From positions 8,265 to 72,264 of IMG/VR virus record IMGVR_UViG_3300044641_004197: DNA of 64,000 nucleotides; one strand, given 5' to 3'. Positions 10,479 through 20,368 of the stretch are shown in pieces. Made by a program: the position numbers and the translations under genes. Each line of letters starts with the position of its first letter. Position 1 is the first letter of the stretch. The notes under the pieces were generated by a model. It saw nothing but the letters and a program-made list of their open reading frames with translations. It ran no database searches and was not told where the DNA came from. The stretch is from a virus.

Positions 10479-11390
10479 ATGTCCGAACCTACACAAGAAA
10501 TCAAAAAGAAAAAGGTAAGTTTCAGCCAATTTTCAATGTGGATGAAATGTCCTTATAGTTGGAAACTAAACTACCTTGAAGGTAAACGCATTTTTGACGC
10601 AAGCCTAAATACGTGTTTCGGAACAGCTATCCACGATACAGTTCAAACCTATATCAAGAAGCTTTATACTGAAAGTGTAGAGTCCGCAGAATCATTGAAT
10701 TTATATGAAATGTTCAAGAATAAATTTGATGATGAAGTTGTAAAAGAAAAGTCAAAGAATGAAAAATTCCCGTTTACAGACGAAGAATATACAGATTTTA
10801 TATTCGACGGTGAGGATATTCTAAAGACTTTTATAAGTCCTAAGAATAGAGTTAAATATTTTCCTAGCAATAAATATGAATTTGTTGGTGTAGAACTTCC
10901 GTTGGAAATGCCTATCAAGAACAATGTAGAATTTATTGCGTTTATCGATTTGGTCTTGAAAGATAAAGAAACTGGTAAAATTAAGATATGGGATTTTAAG
11001 ACCAGCACGAATGGATGGAATAAATATCAAAAAGCCGATCCCGTCAAGTATAGTCAGGTTCTATTGTATAAAGCATTTTATGCCAAAAAGTTTAACTTGC
11101 CTATCAATATGATTGAAGTTGAGTTCTTTATATTGAAGAGAAAGTTGTATGAAAACGTAGACTTCCCCCAAAGTAGAATTCAAATATTTGAACCTTTACA
11201 TGGAAAATTACAGATAGTCGAATCTCTCAACGATTTCTCACAATTTGTATCCGAATGTTTTACTGCCGACGGTTCGTATAACACGGAACAATCCTATCCT
11301 AAAATTCCAGGCAAAGCAAAGAAGAATTGTAAATATTGCGCACACTATAAAGTAAACTGTGATGCCAAGGCAGATAAACTTCTTGATTAA
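10479..11390 (+). CDS. PD-(D/E)XK nuclease (RecB/AddB/Cas4-like)
   Basis: SFSQ..WMKCP, FGTAIH, FIDLV, DFKTS, QVLLY and C-terminal CKYC.....C Fe-S cysteines. Confidence 0.88.
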   Translation: MSEPTQEIKKKKVSFSQFSMWMKCPYSWKLNYLEGKRIFDASLNTCFGTAIHDTVQTYIKKLYTESVESAESLNLYEMFKNKFDDEVVKEKSKNEKFPFTDEEYTDFIFDGEDILKTFISPKNRVKYFPSNKYEFVGVELPLEMPIKNNVEFIAFIDLVLKDKETGKIKIWDFKTSTNGWNKYQKADPVKYSQVLLYKAFYAKKFNLPINMIEVEFFILKRKLYENVDFPQSRIQIFEPLHGKLQIVESLNDFSQFVSECFTADGSYNTEQSYPKIPGKAKKNCKYCAHYKVNCDAKADKLLD

Positions 11391-11429
11391 AAAAATATCA
11401 AAAACTTTTTCGTCCATATATATGAATAT

Positions 11430-11648
11430 ATGAACAAAGAAACAGTTATGACATCTGTAAAAGTTCAAAAAGAACTTTACGAAGAATTCAAAAATAAAAC
11501 AAACAAAACCAAGTTTTATTTACAAGATTTAGTCAATCGTTCAATGAACCTATATTTGACCGACGAATCTTTCAAGAAAAGAATAGACGAATTTGCGCAA
11601 TCTCAAGTAACAGATTCGTCTAAACCATTTAATTTGACCCCCGTATAA
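11430..11648 (+). CDS. Ribbon-helix-helix DNA-binding protein
   Basis: TSVKVQKELYEEFK...LQDLVNRSMNLYL, a typical RHH pattern. Confidence 0.7.
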   Translation: MNKETVMTSVKVQKELYEEFKNKTNKTKFYLQDLVNRSMNLYLTDESFKKRIDEFAQSQVTDSSKPFNLTPV

Positions 11649-11702
11649 TTTTTTTATAAGATTTTCATTACTTTTCTAAGATTTTCTAATATATAGTAAT
11701 AT

Positions 11703-11852
11703 ATGAAAAAGAAATCAGATAAATGGTCCATTCAAATTTCGAAAAATTTGTATGAAAGTCTAAGAACTCATTGTAAAGAACGGGGATACAAAATCAGTGG
11801 GTTTGTAGAAAAAAGCATTAAATATACAATTTCAGGAAGCGCATTAGTATAA
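11703..11852 (+). CDS. Small ribbon-helix-helix protein (49 aa)
   Basis: Manual translation MKKKSDKWSIQISKNLYESLRTHCKERGYKISGFVEKSIKYTISGSALV; below the ORF-track cutoff. Confidence 0.65.
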   Translation: MKKKSDKWSIQISKNLYESLRTHCKERGYKISGFVEKSIKYTISGSALV

Positions 11853-11860
11853 AACAACTT

Positions 11861-12409
11861 ATGAAGAAAAAAATACTTTTACTTAGTGACGATTTAAGAA
11901 TGAATAGTGGCATTGCTACTATGAGCAGAGAATTAGTTCTCGGAACAGTCCATCGTTATGATTGGGTTCAAATCGCCGGTGCAATCAAACATCCAGAAGC
12001 AGGTAAGATAGTCGATTTAAACCAAGCAACCAATCAAATGTTAAATAGAGACGATTGTTATGTCAAATTATATCCAGTTGATGGATATGGTAATGATCAA
12101 ATTCTATTCTCTGTAATGCAAATTGAAAAAGTAGATGCAATTATGCATTTTACAGATCCTAGATTCTGGGGATGGTTGTATGCAGTAGAACAACAAATTA
12201 GACAGAAAATTCCATTGACATATCTTGATATTTGGGATGACTTACCATATCCTATGTGGAATAGACCATTTTATGAATCTTGCGATTCATTGTTCGCAAT
12301 TAGCAAACAAACCGACAACATTAATAAATGGGTTTTGAGACCAGAACATTGTTTCTCTTTAGAAGGAGAATTTGACAGTGAAGGAAATGTAATAAAGGAG
12401 ACCGTATAA
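11861..12409 (+). CDS. GT4 glycosyltransferase, N-terminal half (split gene)
   Basis: KILLLSDDLRMNSGIAT, HFTDPRFW and YESCDSLFAISKQT: GT-B acceptor domain only. Confidence 0.8.
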   Translation: MKKKILLLSDDLRMNSGIATMSRELVLGTVHRYDWVQIAGAIKHPEAGKIVDLNQATNQMLNRDDCYVKLYPVDGYGNDQILFSVMQIEKVDAIMHFTDPRFWGWLYAVEQQIRQKIPLTYLDIWDDLPYPMWNRPFYESCDSLFAISKQTDNINKWVLRPEHCFSLEGEFDSEGNVIKETV

Positions 12410-12410
12410 T

Positions 12411-13421
12411 ATGCCATTTAAATTTAAAGATAAAATCATTGATAAACATTTGTTGCATTATGTTCCGCACGGAATAAATAGCGAAGAATTCAAGCCGTTG
12501 CCAGATAATCACCTATCTATACGTAATAGAAAAAAAGAATTATTTGGTGATGAAAATTATGAGTTTGTCGTATTCTATAATAGCAGAAACGTTCAAAGAA
12601 AGAAAACAAGCAATTTAATTCTGGCATTCAGAGCATTCTGTGATAATCTTACAGCTGAAGAAGCGAGGAAATGTGCGTTAGTATTGCATACAGAAAAAAC
12701 ACAAGACGCTGGAACTGATCTACCCGCAGTAATTAAATCATTGTGTCCAAACTACAAAGTTGTATTTAGTGATGCAAAACTACCACCTGCGGAAATGACG
12801 GCTCTATATAATATCGCATCCGTAACAGTATTGCCTAGTTCTAACGAAGGTTTTGGATTGAGTATCGCAGAATCAATTATGTGTGGAACTCCTGTAATAG
12901 TCAATGTTACAGGTGGATTACAAGATCAAATTGGACAATTAGAAGATGACGGAACTCCAGTTAAATTCAATAAAAACTTTGGAACTAACTCTATTGGTAA
13001 GTTTAAAAAATATGGAAAATGGGCAAAAGCAGTCTACCCAACTGTTAGAACAATTCAAGGAAGCGTTCCGACACCATATATTTTTGATGACATCTGCACA
13101 TGGGAAGATACCGCAGAAGCAATAATGTATTGGTATCTATTCAAAACCAATAACAAAGATGAATATGAAAAATGTGGCATTGAAGGTAGACGTTGGGCAA
13201 TGAATGAAGGTGGTATTAATTCTAAAAACATGTGCGAACAATTTATTAAAGCAATGGATTTTACTATTGAAAATTATGTAAAACCAAAGAATTTTAAATT
13301 GTATACTGTCAATGACTACTTCGATCATAAACAACCAGATGAATGTATTGGAGTGGAAATTCCAAAAATTAATATTGACAAATTGAAGAAAGAAATTGAT
13401 AATACTATATCTTCAGTATGA
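12411..13421 (+). CDS. GT4 glycosyltransferase, C-terminal half (split gene)
   Basis: YVPHGIN, NSRNVQRK and EGFGLSIAESIMCGTPVI..TGGLQDQ; AAGGAG Shine-Dalgarno at 12395-12400. Confidence 0.85.
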   Translation: MPFKFKDKIIDKHLLHYVPHGINSEEFKPLPDNHLSIRNRKKELFGDENYEFVVFYNSRNVQRKKTSNLILAFRAFCDNLTAEEARKCALVLHTEKTQDAGTDLPAVIKSLCPNYKVVFSDAKLPPAEMTALYNIASVTVLPSSNEGFGLSIAESIMCGTPVIVNVTGGLQDQIGQLEDDGTPVKFNKNFGTNSIGKFKKYGKWAKAVYPTVRTIQGSVPTPYIFDDICTWEDTAEAIMYWYLFKTNNKDEYEKCGIEGRRWAMNEGGINSKNMCEQFIKAMDFTIENYVKPKNFKLYTVNDYFDHKQPDECIGVEIPKINIDKLKKEIDNTISSV

Positions 13422-14113
13422 AAATACAAATATTAAAGAACGAAACGTATACTAATGAAAGTCAAGTTCCTAAAAAAGGAACGCAACGATCCACTGGATA
13501 TGATATAATCGCATCCAGTGAACCTGAAATTGTAGGAGAATTGAATGCAAACGGTTCTTATAAAAGAATTGATTATATTCAATACAAAACCAATTTAAAA
13601 CTAGCCGTTCAAACTGATCGAACCTTTAGTGGATTTGGTCATACTGACATAGATTATGACATTCTAGCATTTCCACGTAGTAGTGTTAGTAAGTATAATC
13701 TAGTATTAGCCAATAGTATTGGATTGATTGACGCAGATTATCGTGGTGAAGTGTTGCTTCGTTTCAAGTATATCTGGCAACCAGAAGATTATAATGTATA
13801 TACACATGAATCCGGCGACGGATCTCCTTTATACACTTATATCGGAGGTAAACCTAATGTTGGCAAAATCTATAAAAAAGGTGACAAGATTTGTCAATTA
13901 AAGGTTACGAGAGTTGAACATGTTGAATTTTTCATAGTAGATGAATTGGATTCTACTAATAGAGGCGAAGGTGGATTTGGTAGCACGGACAAAAAAGTTG
14001 AACAAAATTTAGATTCAATTATGTCGTCCTATAAAAAACAACCGGTCTACACTCCAGAAAAAAAGTATATAGATTTAATAAAAGAAAGAGAAGAACTAAA
14101 TAATAATTTATGA
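13418..14113 (+). CDS. dut: Trimeric dUTPase
   Basis: GYDI, PRSS, GLIDADYRGE, KICQL and RGEGGFGST motifs. Confidence 0.93.
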   Translation: MKIQILKNETYTNESQVPKKGTQRSTGYDIIASSEPEIVGELNANGSYKRIDYIQYKTNLKLAVQTDRTFSGFGHTDIDYDILAFPRSSVSKYNLVLANSIGLIDADYRGEVLLRFKYIWQPEDYNVYTHESGDGSPLYTYIGGKPNVGKIYKKGDKICQLKVTRVEHVEFFIVDELDSTNRGEGGFGSTDKKVEQNLDSIMSSYKKQPVYTPEKKYIDLIKEREELNNNL

Positions 14114-15411
14114 GCAAACCATTATGTGTTATTGAAGCGCCTGTATTTAACAGAAGCGGTTACGGTGATTTATCAACTGATATTGCAAAGAGCATATTAA
14201 GATACGGAAAATATGACTTAAAGATTGCAGCAACTAGATGGGGAACATGTCCTTCAAAAATGTTTGCCGATGATCTAACCAAAGAAGAAGATAAAGCACT
14301 GTCTGCATGTCTGATAAACGGTCAATTAAATAAACAACCTGACTTATATATCAAGATAAGTATTCCAAATGAGTTTCAACCACATGGTAAATACAATATT
14401 GGTATAACTGCGGGAATTGAAACAACTGTTCCAAGTGGTGATTTTGTTGAAGGAATGAATAAAATGAATCTTAACATTGTTACATCAAACTTTGTTAAGT
14501 CTACATTTGCGAGTGTAAATTATCAAAAACAGTTTGAAAATGGAACAACACAACCATTGAAGGTAGAAAAACCAATGGAAGTATGTTTCTGGGGTGCAAA
14601 TACAAAAATTTATAAGAAAACAAATGAAATAAGCGAAACCGTCCAAGAAGAATTGGATAAGATTCCAGAGACATTTGCATTTTTGTTTGTCGGCCAATGG
14701 ACACATACAGGAATCTATGATGATAGAAAAGATATCGGTAACTTAATTAAAAGTTTTCTAAACGCATTTAAAGATAAAAAAGATCCACGTCCATGTTTGT
14801 TGTTAAAGACTAGTGGAACTAATTTCTCCAAAGTAGATAAAGATGAACTTCTTAAAAAAATAAAGATTATACGTGATGAAGTAGGCGGCAATCTACCAAA
14901 TGTATATCTTCTCCACGGTGAATTAAATGATGTCGAGATGAACTCTCTTTATAACCATCCAAAGGTAAAGGCACATTTGAATTTTACTCACGGTGAAGGA
15001 TTCGGCCATCCAATCTTACTATCATCTTTAAGTGGCAAACCATTGTTTGTTTCTAGATGGAGCGGTCATTTGGACTTTTTAAATCCAAAATATTGTAACT
15101 TCTTTGAAGGAAATGTAAAACCAATTAATCCCGCATCTGTAAATCAATGGTTGGTAAAAGAAGGAAGTTGGTTCTATGTCGCATATAGTTTGGCAGAAGA
15201 AAAGATTAAAAATTTCTATTATTCTCCAAGTAAAGATATTATTGAAAATGCGGAAAAGTTAGCGGAAGAAAATTCTGCAAAATTTAGTATAGAAGAAATG
15301 GACAAGACATTACACGCTATATTAGATAAATACGTTCCACAGTTTTCAGTAGAAGAAAAGATCGTTCTACCTAAACTCAAGAAAATTGAAATGCCAAAAC
15401 TAAATAAGTAA
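14110..15411 (+). CDS. GT4-like glycosyltransferase
   Basis: RSGYG, FLFVGQW, DRKDIG, HGEGFGHP and WSGHLDF. Confidence 0.85.
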   Translation: MSKPLCVIEAPVFNRSGYGDLSTDIAKSILRYGKYDLKIAATRWGTCPSKMFADDLTKEEDKALSACLINGQLNKQPDLYIKISIPNEFQPHGKYNIGITAGIETTVPSGDFVEGMNKMNLNIVTSNFVKSTFASVNYQKQFENGTTQPLKVEKPMEVCFWGANTKIYKKTNEISETVQEELDKIPETFAFLFVGQWTHTGIYDDRKDIGNLIKSFLNAFKDKKDPRPCLLLKTSGTNFSKVDKDELLKKIKIIRDEVGGNLPNVYLLHGELNDVEMNSLYNHPKVKAHLNFTHGEGFGHPILLSSLSGKPLFVSRWSGHLDFLNPKYCNFFEGNVKPINPASVNQWLVKEGSWFYVAYSLAEEKIKNFYYSPSKDIIENAEKLAEENSAKFSIEEMDKTLHAILDKYVPQFSVEEKIVLPKLKKIEMPKLNK

Positions 15412-15412
15412 A

Positions 15413-16081
15413 ATGGATACTCCTTTTATATCATATCTAGTCACTACGAAAAATACAGGGTTTGAACTTCAAACCCTTTTGGAAAGACTGTATAAATACG
15501 GTCAAAACAATGAATGTATTATATTAGATGATTACAGTGATAATCCTAATACATTAGAAATGTTAAATAATGTATCGAATAATAATTTCTTCAAAGTTTA
15601 TAAACATAAATTAGATAGAAATTATAGCGAACACAAAAACTATGGAAAAGGTTTTTGTAAAGGTGAATATATATTTCAAATTGATGATGACGAATTGCCT
15701 ACCGAAACGTTATTGGAAAACTTAAAAGATATAATCGATTTGAATAAAGATATTGACTTATTCTGGATTCCACGTATAAATGATTTTAAGGGGGTAAATG
15801 AAAGTAATTTCCGCCAATGGGGATGGAGATTGACTCCATACGAAGACAGATTAATTGTCAATTGGCCAGATCCGCAAGGTAGATTGTTTAAAAACGTCCC
15901 TTATATTGAATGGAAACGCAGATTACACGAAAAAGTAGAAGGATCTAAAAATCATGTGCATCTACCCTATGATTACGAATTAGCACTCCATCATAATAAA
16001 ACTATAGAAAAGCAAATACAAACTAACGTAAATTATAATAAAATGTTTACCGAAGATGAAAATAAAGGGTTTAAAATATGA
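15413..16081 (+). CDS. GT2 glycosyltransferase
   Basis: ISYLVTT, ILDDYS, FQIDDDE and LHE. Confidence 0.85.
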   Translation: MDTPFISYLVTTKNTGFELQTLLERLYKYGQNNECIILDDYSDNPNTLEMLNNVSNNNFFKVYKHKLDRNYSEHKNYGKGFCKGEYIFQIDDDELPTETLLENLKDIIDLNKDIDLFWIPRINDFKGVNESNFRQWGWRLTPYEDRLIVNWPDPQGRLFKNVPYIEWKRRLHEKVEGSKNHVHLPYDYELALHHNKTIEKQIQTNVNYNKMFTEDENKGFKI

Positions 16082-17010
16082 ATAAAACAGATAAAATTTT
16101 TGTTGCTGGCCATAAGGGTCTTGTTGGATCTGCGATTGTAAGAAAACTTGTATCCGATGGATATACTAATATTCTAACCGTGGATAAATCTGTAGTTGAT
16201 TTAAAAAATCAATATAGTGTAAATCAATGGTTTAAAACAAATACACCTGATTATGTATTTCTCGCAGCCGCAAAAGTTGGTGGAATTCATGCAAATAACA
16301 CATATCCAGCAGAATTCATTACTGAAAATTTGTTAATACAAAATAATGTAATAGAAGCGTGTCATGAGTATAAAGTAAAAAAATTAATGTTTTTGGGCAG
16401 TGTTTGTATATATCCAAAATACGCTCCTACACCTGTAAAAGAAAAATACTTATTGTCAGGTGAATTAGAACCTACAAACGAATGGTATGCGGTTGCCAAA
16501 ATTGCAGGAATCAAACAATGTCAGGCATATAGAAAACAATATGGTGATAACTTTATTAGTGTAATGCCATGTAATTTATATGGTATCAATGATAACTTTC
16601 ATCCAACCAATTCACATGTATTACCCGCATTGATAAGAAAGTTTCATGAAGCCAAAATAAATAATAATAATGAAGTTATATGTTGGGGAGATGGTTCTGC
16701 TAGAAGGGAATTTTTAAATGCTGACGATTTGTCGTCTGCATTATCGTTCCTAATGAATAACTATGAGTCTTACGAAATAGTAAATGTTGGATATGGTGAA
16801 GATTATTCAATTAAAGAAACCGTCAACTTTATTAAAGAAATAGTAGGATATGAAGGTAATATTGTATGGGATACATCAAAACCTAACGGAACACCAAAAC
16901 GTTTATTAGATTCTACTAAAATTTTTAATATGGGATGGAAACCTAGTATTGAATTACGTGATGGATTAAAGCAGGCATATGATTGGTTTAAATCTAATAT
17001 AAAAGAATGA
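16078..17010 (+). CDS. fcl: GDP-L-fucose synthase
   Basis: GHKGLVGSA, AAAKVGGI, GSVCIYP, YAVAK and HVLPALIRKFHEAK. Confidence 0.95.
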   Translation: MNKTDKIFVAGHKGLVGSAIVRKLVSDGYTNILTVDKSVVDLKNQYSVNQWFKTNTPDYVFLAAAKVGGIHANNTYPAEFITENLLIQNNVIEACHEYKVKKLMFLGSVCIYPKYAPTPVKEKYLLSGELEPTNEWYAVAKIAGIKQCQAYRKQYGDNFISVMPCNLYGINDNFHPTNSHVLPALIRKFHEAKINNNNEVICWGDGSARREFLNADDLSSALSFLMNNYESYEIVNVGYGEDYSIKETVNFIKEIVGYEGNIVWDTSKPNGTPKRLLDSTKIFNMGWKPSIELRDGLKQAYDWFKSNIKE

Positions 17011-18002
17011 AAACTGCGTTTTTGACAGAAATGAATTTTGTAGGAACTGTTCCTCGCACACACAGAAACATGAGAACAGAATTTGCCTGGATGTGTGCGC
17101 TTAAGTCAGATCATTATTATATTCATAACTTTAATGATATTAAAAATTACGACGCAGTATTTATTATTTTTCCAAAATCAGTGGTAAAATTAAATGCGGT
17201 AGGATCAGAGTTGCACTACAATGGACCAGATAAAGACATTACAATATATTCAAAACCTGTAATTGAGACATTAAAACAAAATAATAAAAAAGTGTGTGTA
17301 GTTCAAGAAGGACCATCTTGGTTTTTCAATGACTATGACATGGTTACTCAATTTAACTTTTATAATCAATTATCAGAAGCAGATGTAATCTTTGCTCATA
17401 ATGTATATGATATGGATTTTTACAATGGTTTATTCCCCCAGACAAAGATTGCGAATATTCCAAGTTTAATGATAAATGATCCATCTACATGTATTACATC
17501 ATGGACTACAGAACCTAAATCAATTATTGGAGGAAATTTTTGTAGATGGTATGGCGGATTCCAAAGTTATATGGTTGCTACAGAATTTCAATGTCCAATT
17601 TATGTTCCGTCATCGCATTGTAAACGGCCAGGAGAAGAATCAGTTCCAGACTTAAAACATTTGGGTTGGGTTACTTGGGCAGATTGGATGAAACAACTAT
17701 CTTCATTCAAATATGCAGTCAATTTGATGCCTACGGTTGCGGCAGGCACATTTTCAATGAATTGTGCTTATTTTGGGATTCCGTGTATTGGAAATAAAAA
17801 TGTAGATACTCAAAACACATTATTTCCAAGTTTAAGTGTAGATGTTAATGATGTATTTAAAGCCAGATCACTTGCATCAGCATTAAAAACAGATCTTGAT
17901 TTTTATAACGACTGTAGCGCTTATGCAAAAAGAAAAATTAAAGAAAGTTATCATTTTGACGAAAACAAATGGTTAACTCACATTAATAATATAATATCAT
18001 GA
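17007..18002 (+). CDS. Putative glycosyltransferase-like protein
   Basis: C-terminal AGTFSMNCAYFGIPCIG resembles a GT-B donor-binding segment; glycan-locus context. Confidence 0.55.
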   Translation: MKTAFLTEMNFVGTVPRTHRNMRTEFAWMCALKSDHYYIHNFNDIKNYDAVFIIFPKSVVKLNAVGSELHYNGPDKDITIYSKPVIETLKQNNKKVCVVQEGPSWFFNDYDMVTQFNFYNQLSEADVIFAHNVYDMDFYNGLFPQTKIANIPSLMINDPSTCITSWTTEPKSIIGGNFCRWYGGFQSYMVATEFQCPIYVPSSHCKRPGEESVPDLKHLGWVTWADWMKQLSSFKYAVNLMPTVAAGTFSMNCAYFGIPCIGNKNVDTQNTLFPSLSVDVNDVFKARSLASALKTDLDFYNDCSAYAKRKIKESYHFDENKWLTHINNIIS

Positions 18003-20368
18003 TAATTCAAATAACATTACTAAGAAACGAACTTCACTTTTTAAAAGAACTTTTTCCTATATGGAAGAAGTTTGCGGACGGATTTGTTTTTCTAGACGAT
18101 TCATCAGATGATGGATCATATGAGTTTCTTATAGAAAATAAAGAAAAATATAACATCCTTGATGTGATTAGGATGAATCGAAATGATTCTCAGTTAACTA
18201 TTGAAACAGATATCCGTCAATCAATGTTTGATACTGCAAATAAATATAGCCCTAATATAATATGTTTAGATGCAGATGAATATTTGGATGGATCATTATC
18301 AAAAGAAGAGTTAGAAAATTTGTTACAAAATAATGGAGATGCTACGTATTTTCTAGATTGGATACAATATACATCAGAAAATACTATAAGAACAGATGGA
18401 CCTTGGGCAGAAAATATTAAAGATAGAATCGGTAGATATGCATCAGGTGGTAAATTTAAAAGAGCACAAACACATTCTACACATCTACCAATTAACAATA
18501 AGACACTCAGAATACCAAGAGACAAACTTTTCATATCACATCTGCAATGGTTGAATAAAAACTTTGTGGGTGTAAAACAGTATTTTTGGAAAGTAACAGA
18601 TTATGTTACAAAAAATAAATTCAATGAAGCGGTCGTTGATTCATCGGCATATGATGCTTCCGTTGCAAATTTTAACTGGCAAGAAGAATACTTTGAATAT
18701 CCATTAAAAGTTCGAAGTGATATCTTAGAAGATATTTCAAACTCTTCAAATTATAGAATCAAATATATAAATGAAAAGACCAAAGAGTTTTCGATTCCAA
18801 ATCTAGGAGACTGGAACCTAAATATAGCGGATTCTATTCCTATGTATTTTTCTACAGTATCGGACGAAAAACACTTTCCATTACTATTAAATTTAATAGG
18901 AAGCATTCACACTTATCATTTTTATGATGTGGAAGAAATCGGTGTATTTGATTTAGGAATGACAGATACTCAAATCAATGAATTAAACAACATCAAGAAG
19001 GTTAAGATTTATGAAATTGAAAAGACCAATCCTAAAATATTTGAACTTATTAATACAGGAATAAATAGAAATGTAAAATGGTTGTTTTCGTTGAAACCTG
19101 TAGTCATTAAGCAATCTCTAGAAAAGTATCCATATGTTGTTTATTTAGATGCAGGATCTACAATCTTAAAACCAGTAAACCGTTTATTCCAACATATAAC
19201 AGAACATGGGTATTTTTTAAGTGATTGTGGACATTCAATTGCTCAAATGACCCCAAAACATATCATAGATAAGTTTAATCTTGATCAATCAATCTTAAGT
19301 GAATTAGGAATTGATGCCGGTTTTATGGGAGTTTCTAGAAAAGTATATGATACTTTCATTAAGCCTGTTTATGAATTATCATTTGACATAAATAATTTTA
19401 TTGATGACGGCACCTGTCCAGATGGATATGGTATGGGAAGACACGATCAAACTTTATTTAGTATATTTGCAAGAAAATTAAATTTAGATATTCAATTACA
19501 TGATAGAGACCCAGATGTAATGAATACCATTGTAAATGGAAAATCAACTCCATTTATAATTACCCACACTTTATCTAAAGTGAGTTCTTTGACATCTATA
19601 TTTAGATCAAGATGGAATATTATGCCTAATGTGGCAAAAACACATGCATCAGCTATCAAACGTAAATACGTATTATCAGTAATTACAGGAATAGGTCCTG
19701 GTGGTAAATATGAACAATTTATCGACGGTTATTTTAAAAATATTGAAGAACAAATACTGTTTAATAGGACCGAACATATAGTAATTTATTCCGAATGGTC
19801 TTCTAAATTTGATCAATGGACTGGTTATAGAAATATTAAATTTATAAAAGAAAAAGAATCAAAGGGCGTTTATAATGCATGGAATATAGGTTTGTCGAAT
19901 TGTAACAGTGAATATATAACAAACTGGAATGTTGACGATCTTCGACATCCAATTAATACTAAAATTAAATATGACATGTTAAATAATAATATTGATATTG
20001 ACATGGCATACAATTATTATGTTGCCACAACAACAAATGAAACCTTTTACAATATAAACTTAGAAAATAGACAAATATTACAATTTCCAGACAATTATCA
20101 TCTATACGCAACACAAGCATGTCTCGCTGGACCAGATCCGATGTGGAGAAAGTTTGTTCATAGATTCATTGGGAATTTCAACGGAGAAGACTTTTCTATT
20201 GTTGCTGATTGGGATATGTGGATACGAATGGCAAAATTCGGGTGTAAGTTCAAACTAATTCCAGAAATTCTTTGTATATTTTCAATTCACGAAAACAACG
20301 AAAGTAAAAGATCCGAAAAATTAGAAAATCAAAACAAATTAATTATACAAAAATATGGAAAAAATTAA
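17999..20368 (+). CDS. Three-domain glycosyltransferase (GT2 + GT-A-like + GT2)
   Basis: N-terminal FLDDSSDDGS/CLDADE; middle VYLDAG...RHDQTLFS; C-terminal GVYNAWN, WNVDD and DWDMWIR. Confidence 0.8.
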   Translation: MIIQITLLRNELHFLKELFPIWKKFADGFVFLDDSSDDGSYEFLIENKEKYNILDVIRMNRNDSQLTIETDIRQSMFDTANKYSPNIICLDADEYLDGSLSKEELENLLQNNGDATYFLDWIQYTSENTIRTDGPWAENIKDRIGRYASGGKFKRAQTHSTHLPINNKTLRIPRDKLFISHLQWLNKNFVGVKQYFWKVTDYVTKNKFNEAVVDSSAYDASVANFNWQEEYFEYPLKVRSDILEDISNSSNYRIKYINEKTKEFSIPNLGDWNLNIADSIPMYFSTVSDEKHFPLLLNLIGSIHTYHFYDVEEIGVFDLGMTDTQINELNNIKKVKIYEIEKTNPKIFELINTGINRNVKWLFSLKPVVIKQSLEKYPYVVYLDAGSTILKPVNRLFQHITEHGYFLSDCGHSIAQMTPKHIIDKFNLDQSILSELGIDAGFMGVSRKVYDTFIKPVYELSFDINNFIDDGTCPDGYGMGRHDQTLFSIFARKLNLDIQLHDRDPDVMNTIVNGKSTPFIITHTLSKVSSLTSIFRSRWNIMPNVAKTHASAIKRKYVLSVITGIGPGGKYEQFIDGYFKNIEEQILFNRTEHIVIYSEWSSKFDQWTGYRNIKFIKEKESKGVYNAWNIGLSNCNSEYITNWNVDDLRHPINTKIKYDMLNNNIDIDMAYNYYVATTTNETFYNINLENRQILQFPDNYHLYATQACLAGPDPMWRKFVHRFIGNFNGEDFSIVADWDMWIRMAKFGCKFKLIPEILCIFSIHENNESKRSEKLENQNKLIIQKYGKN

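Noticed and set aside
10479-11390. CRISPR-Cas locus
   Set aside because: No repeat-spacer array or other cas genes were seen
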